Shown here piece by piece: positions 63,501 through 64,000 of a stretch of 64,000 nucleotides of DNA. The notes under the pieces are model-generated. The model searched no databases and had not been told where the DNA came from. It was given only the letters and a program-made list of their open reading frames with translations. Each line of letters starts with the position of its first letter. Within the stretch, counting starts at the first letter, position 1. The stretch is taken from the NCBI RefSeq assembly GCF_964355755.1, contig NC_092670.1, positions 14,432,795 to 14,496,794 of the forward strand. Reading direction: 5' to 3'. Both the position numbers and the translations under genes were made by a program. The stretch is from Antedon mediterranea (lineage: Eukaryota; Animalia; Echinodermata).

Positions 63501-64000
63501 AGCCACTGATAGCCACAGCATTGTATTTTTTTTCAGTAATTTTCCTTTGACTTTATATCATATATGTATTTAAAGATACAGAAATTGTATGAAATCGTTT
63601 GTTGAAGATTAATAGGTGTTCTACTGTATACTAATCATTATTTACTACTTTATAGCCAAAAATAATACCCCATCTAGTAATGTGTTACTAATATGGCCAT
63701 CTTCTTTCCTCTTTGGAAACGTCAGTTGAGGCAGAGTAAACACGGTGTTGTCACGATCAAACATATATACACGTTCTTTGCCATCAATTAGCATCATATA
63801 CCTAGAAACAAGAATAAGTTTTCTAACTAATCTAACTCATTTCAACTAAACGAAATAACAAACTTGATAAAGTGTCATCTAAAATAACTTTGTACATTCA
63901 AAATGTAATTAAAAATGTATTTATTTTACCTAACACCATCAGCCTTCCAACTAACTTTATATAAATTTTCTTGTAAAAATTTCAGATTTTTCATGTCCAT
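60546..64000 (-). CDS. RNGTT: mRNA capping enzyme, guanylyltransferase and OB domains (5'-partial)
   Basis: Exons of about 64000-63930 ([11 protein letters not shown], motif I KxDG), 63801-63669 (YMMLIDGK...TLLDG), 63388-63317 ([17 protein letters not shown]), 62844-62680 ([11 protein letters not shown]), 62414-62334 ([10 protein letters not shown]), 62141-62041 ([13 protein letters not shown]), 61843-61777, 61414-61292 ([21 protein letters not shown]), 60724-60546 (..[11 protein letters not shown]). Confidence 0.95.
60879..60969. repeat. 22-bp inverted repeat in the last RNGTT intron
   Basis: TCTGTAATACAG(T)GTCACATGTG / CACATGTGACCTGTATTACAGA. Confidence 0.75.
62984..63199. mobile_element. 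PIF/Harbinger-type MITE in an RNGTT intron
   Basis: Long TIR GGGCATTCACACCTGTTCCG...ACGGCACCGTTT / AAACGGTGCCGT...CGGAACAGGTGTGAATGCCC; TAA/TTA flanks. Confidence 0.85.

Overview
AT-rich, intron-containing animal DNA. The HYR (hyalin) repeats suggest an invertebrate deuterostome such as an echinoderm, which is an inference. Three spliced genes can be rebuilt by eye: (1) the 3' part of a + strand type-I membrane protein with HYR, SEA and EGF domains (57-18556, 5' end outside the window); (2) an apparently complete - strand type-II transmembrane serine protease (43747-23714) with the unusual order TM-SEA-mucin-SEA-FZ-trypsin-LDLa x4-FZ-LDLa-FZ-LDLa x2; (3) the 3' half of the mRNA capping enzyme RNGTT (- strand, 64000-60546). 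A tRNA-Phe gene carrying a 30-nt insertion lies between the two convergent genes. Introns and intergenic DNA hold LINE fragments, a SINE, nested DNA transposons, several MITE families and two decayed hammerhead-like motifs. The most striking unexplained signal is a set of five clear 25-38 bp CA...TG palindromes, each flanked by an exact 7-8 bp direct repeat, plus a probable sixth inside the tRNA. They match the expected shape of P-superfamily transposon excision footprints, and one has exact 17-bp arms. The octamer TAGGCCTA is also very strongly enriched. Exon boundaries were read by eye and may be off by a few nt; no database searches were run.
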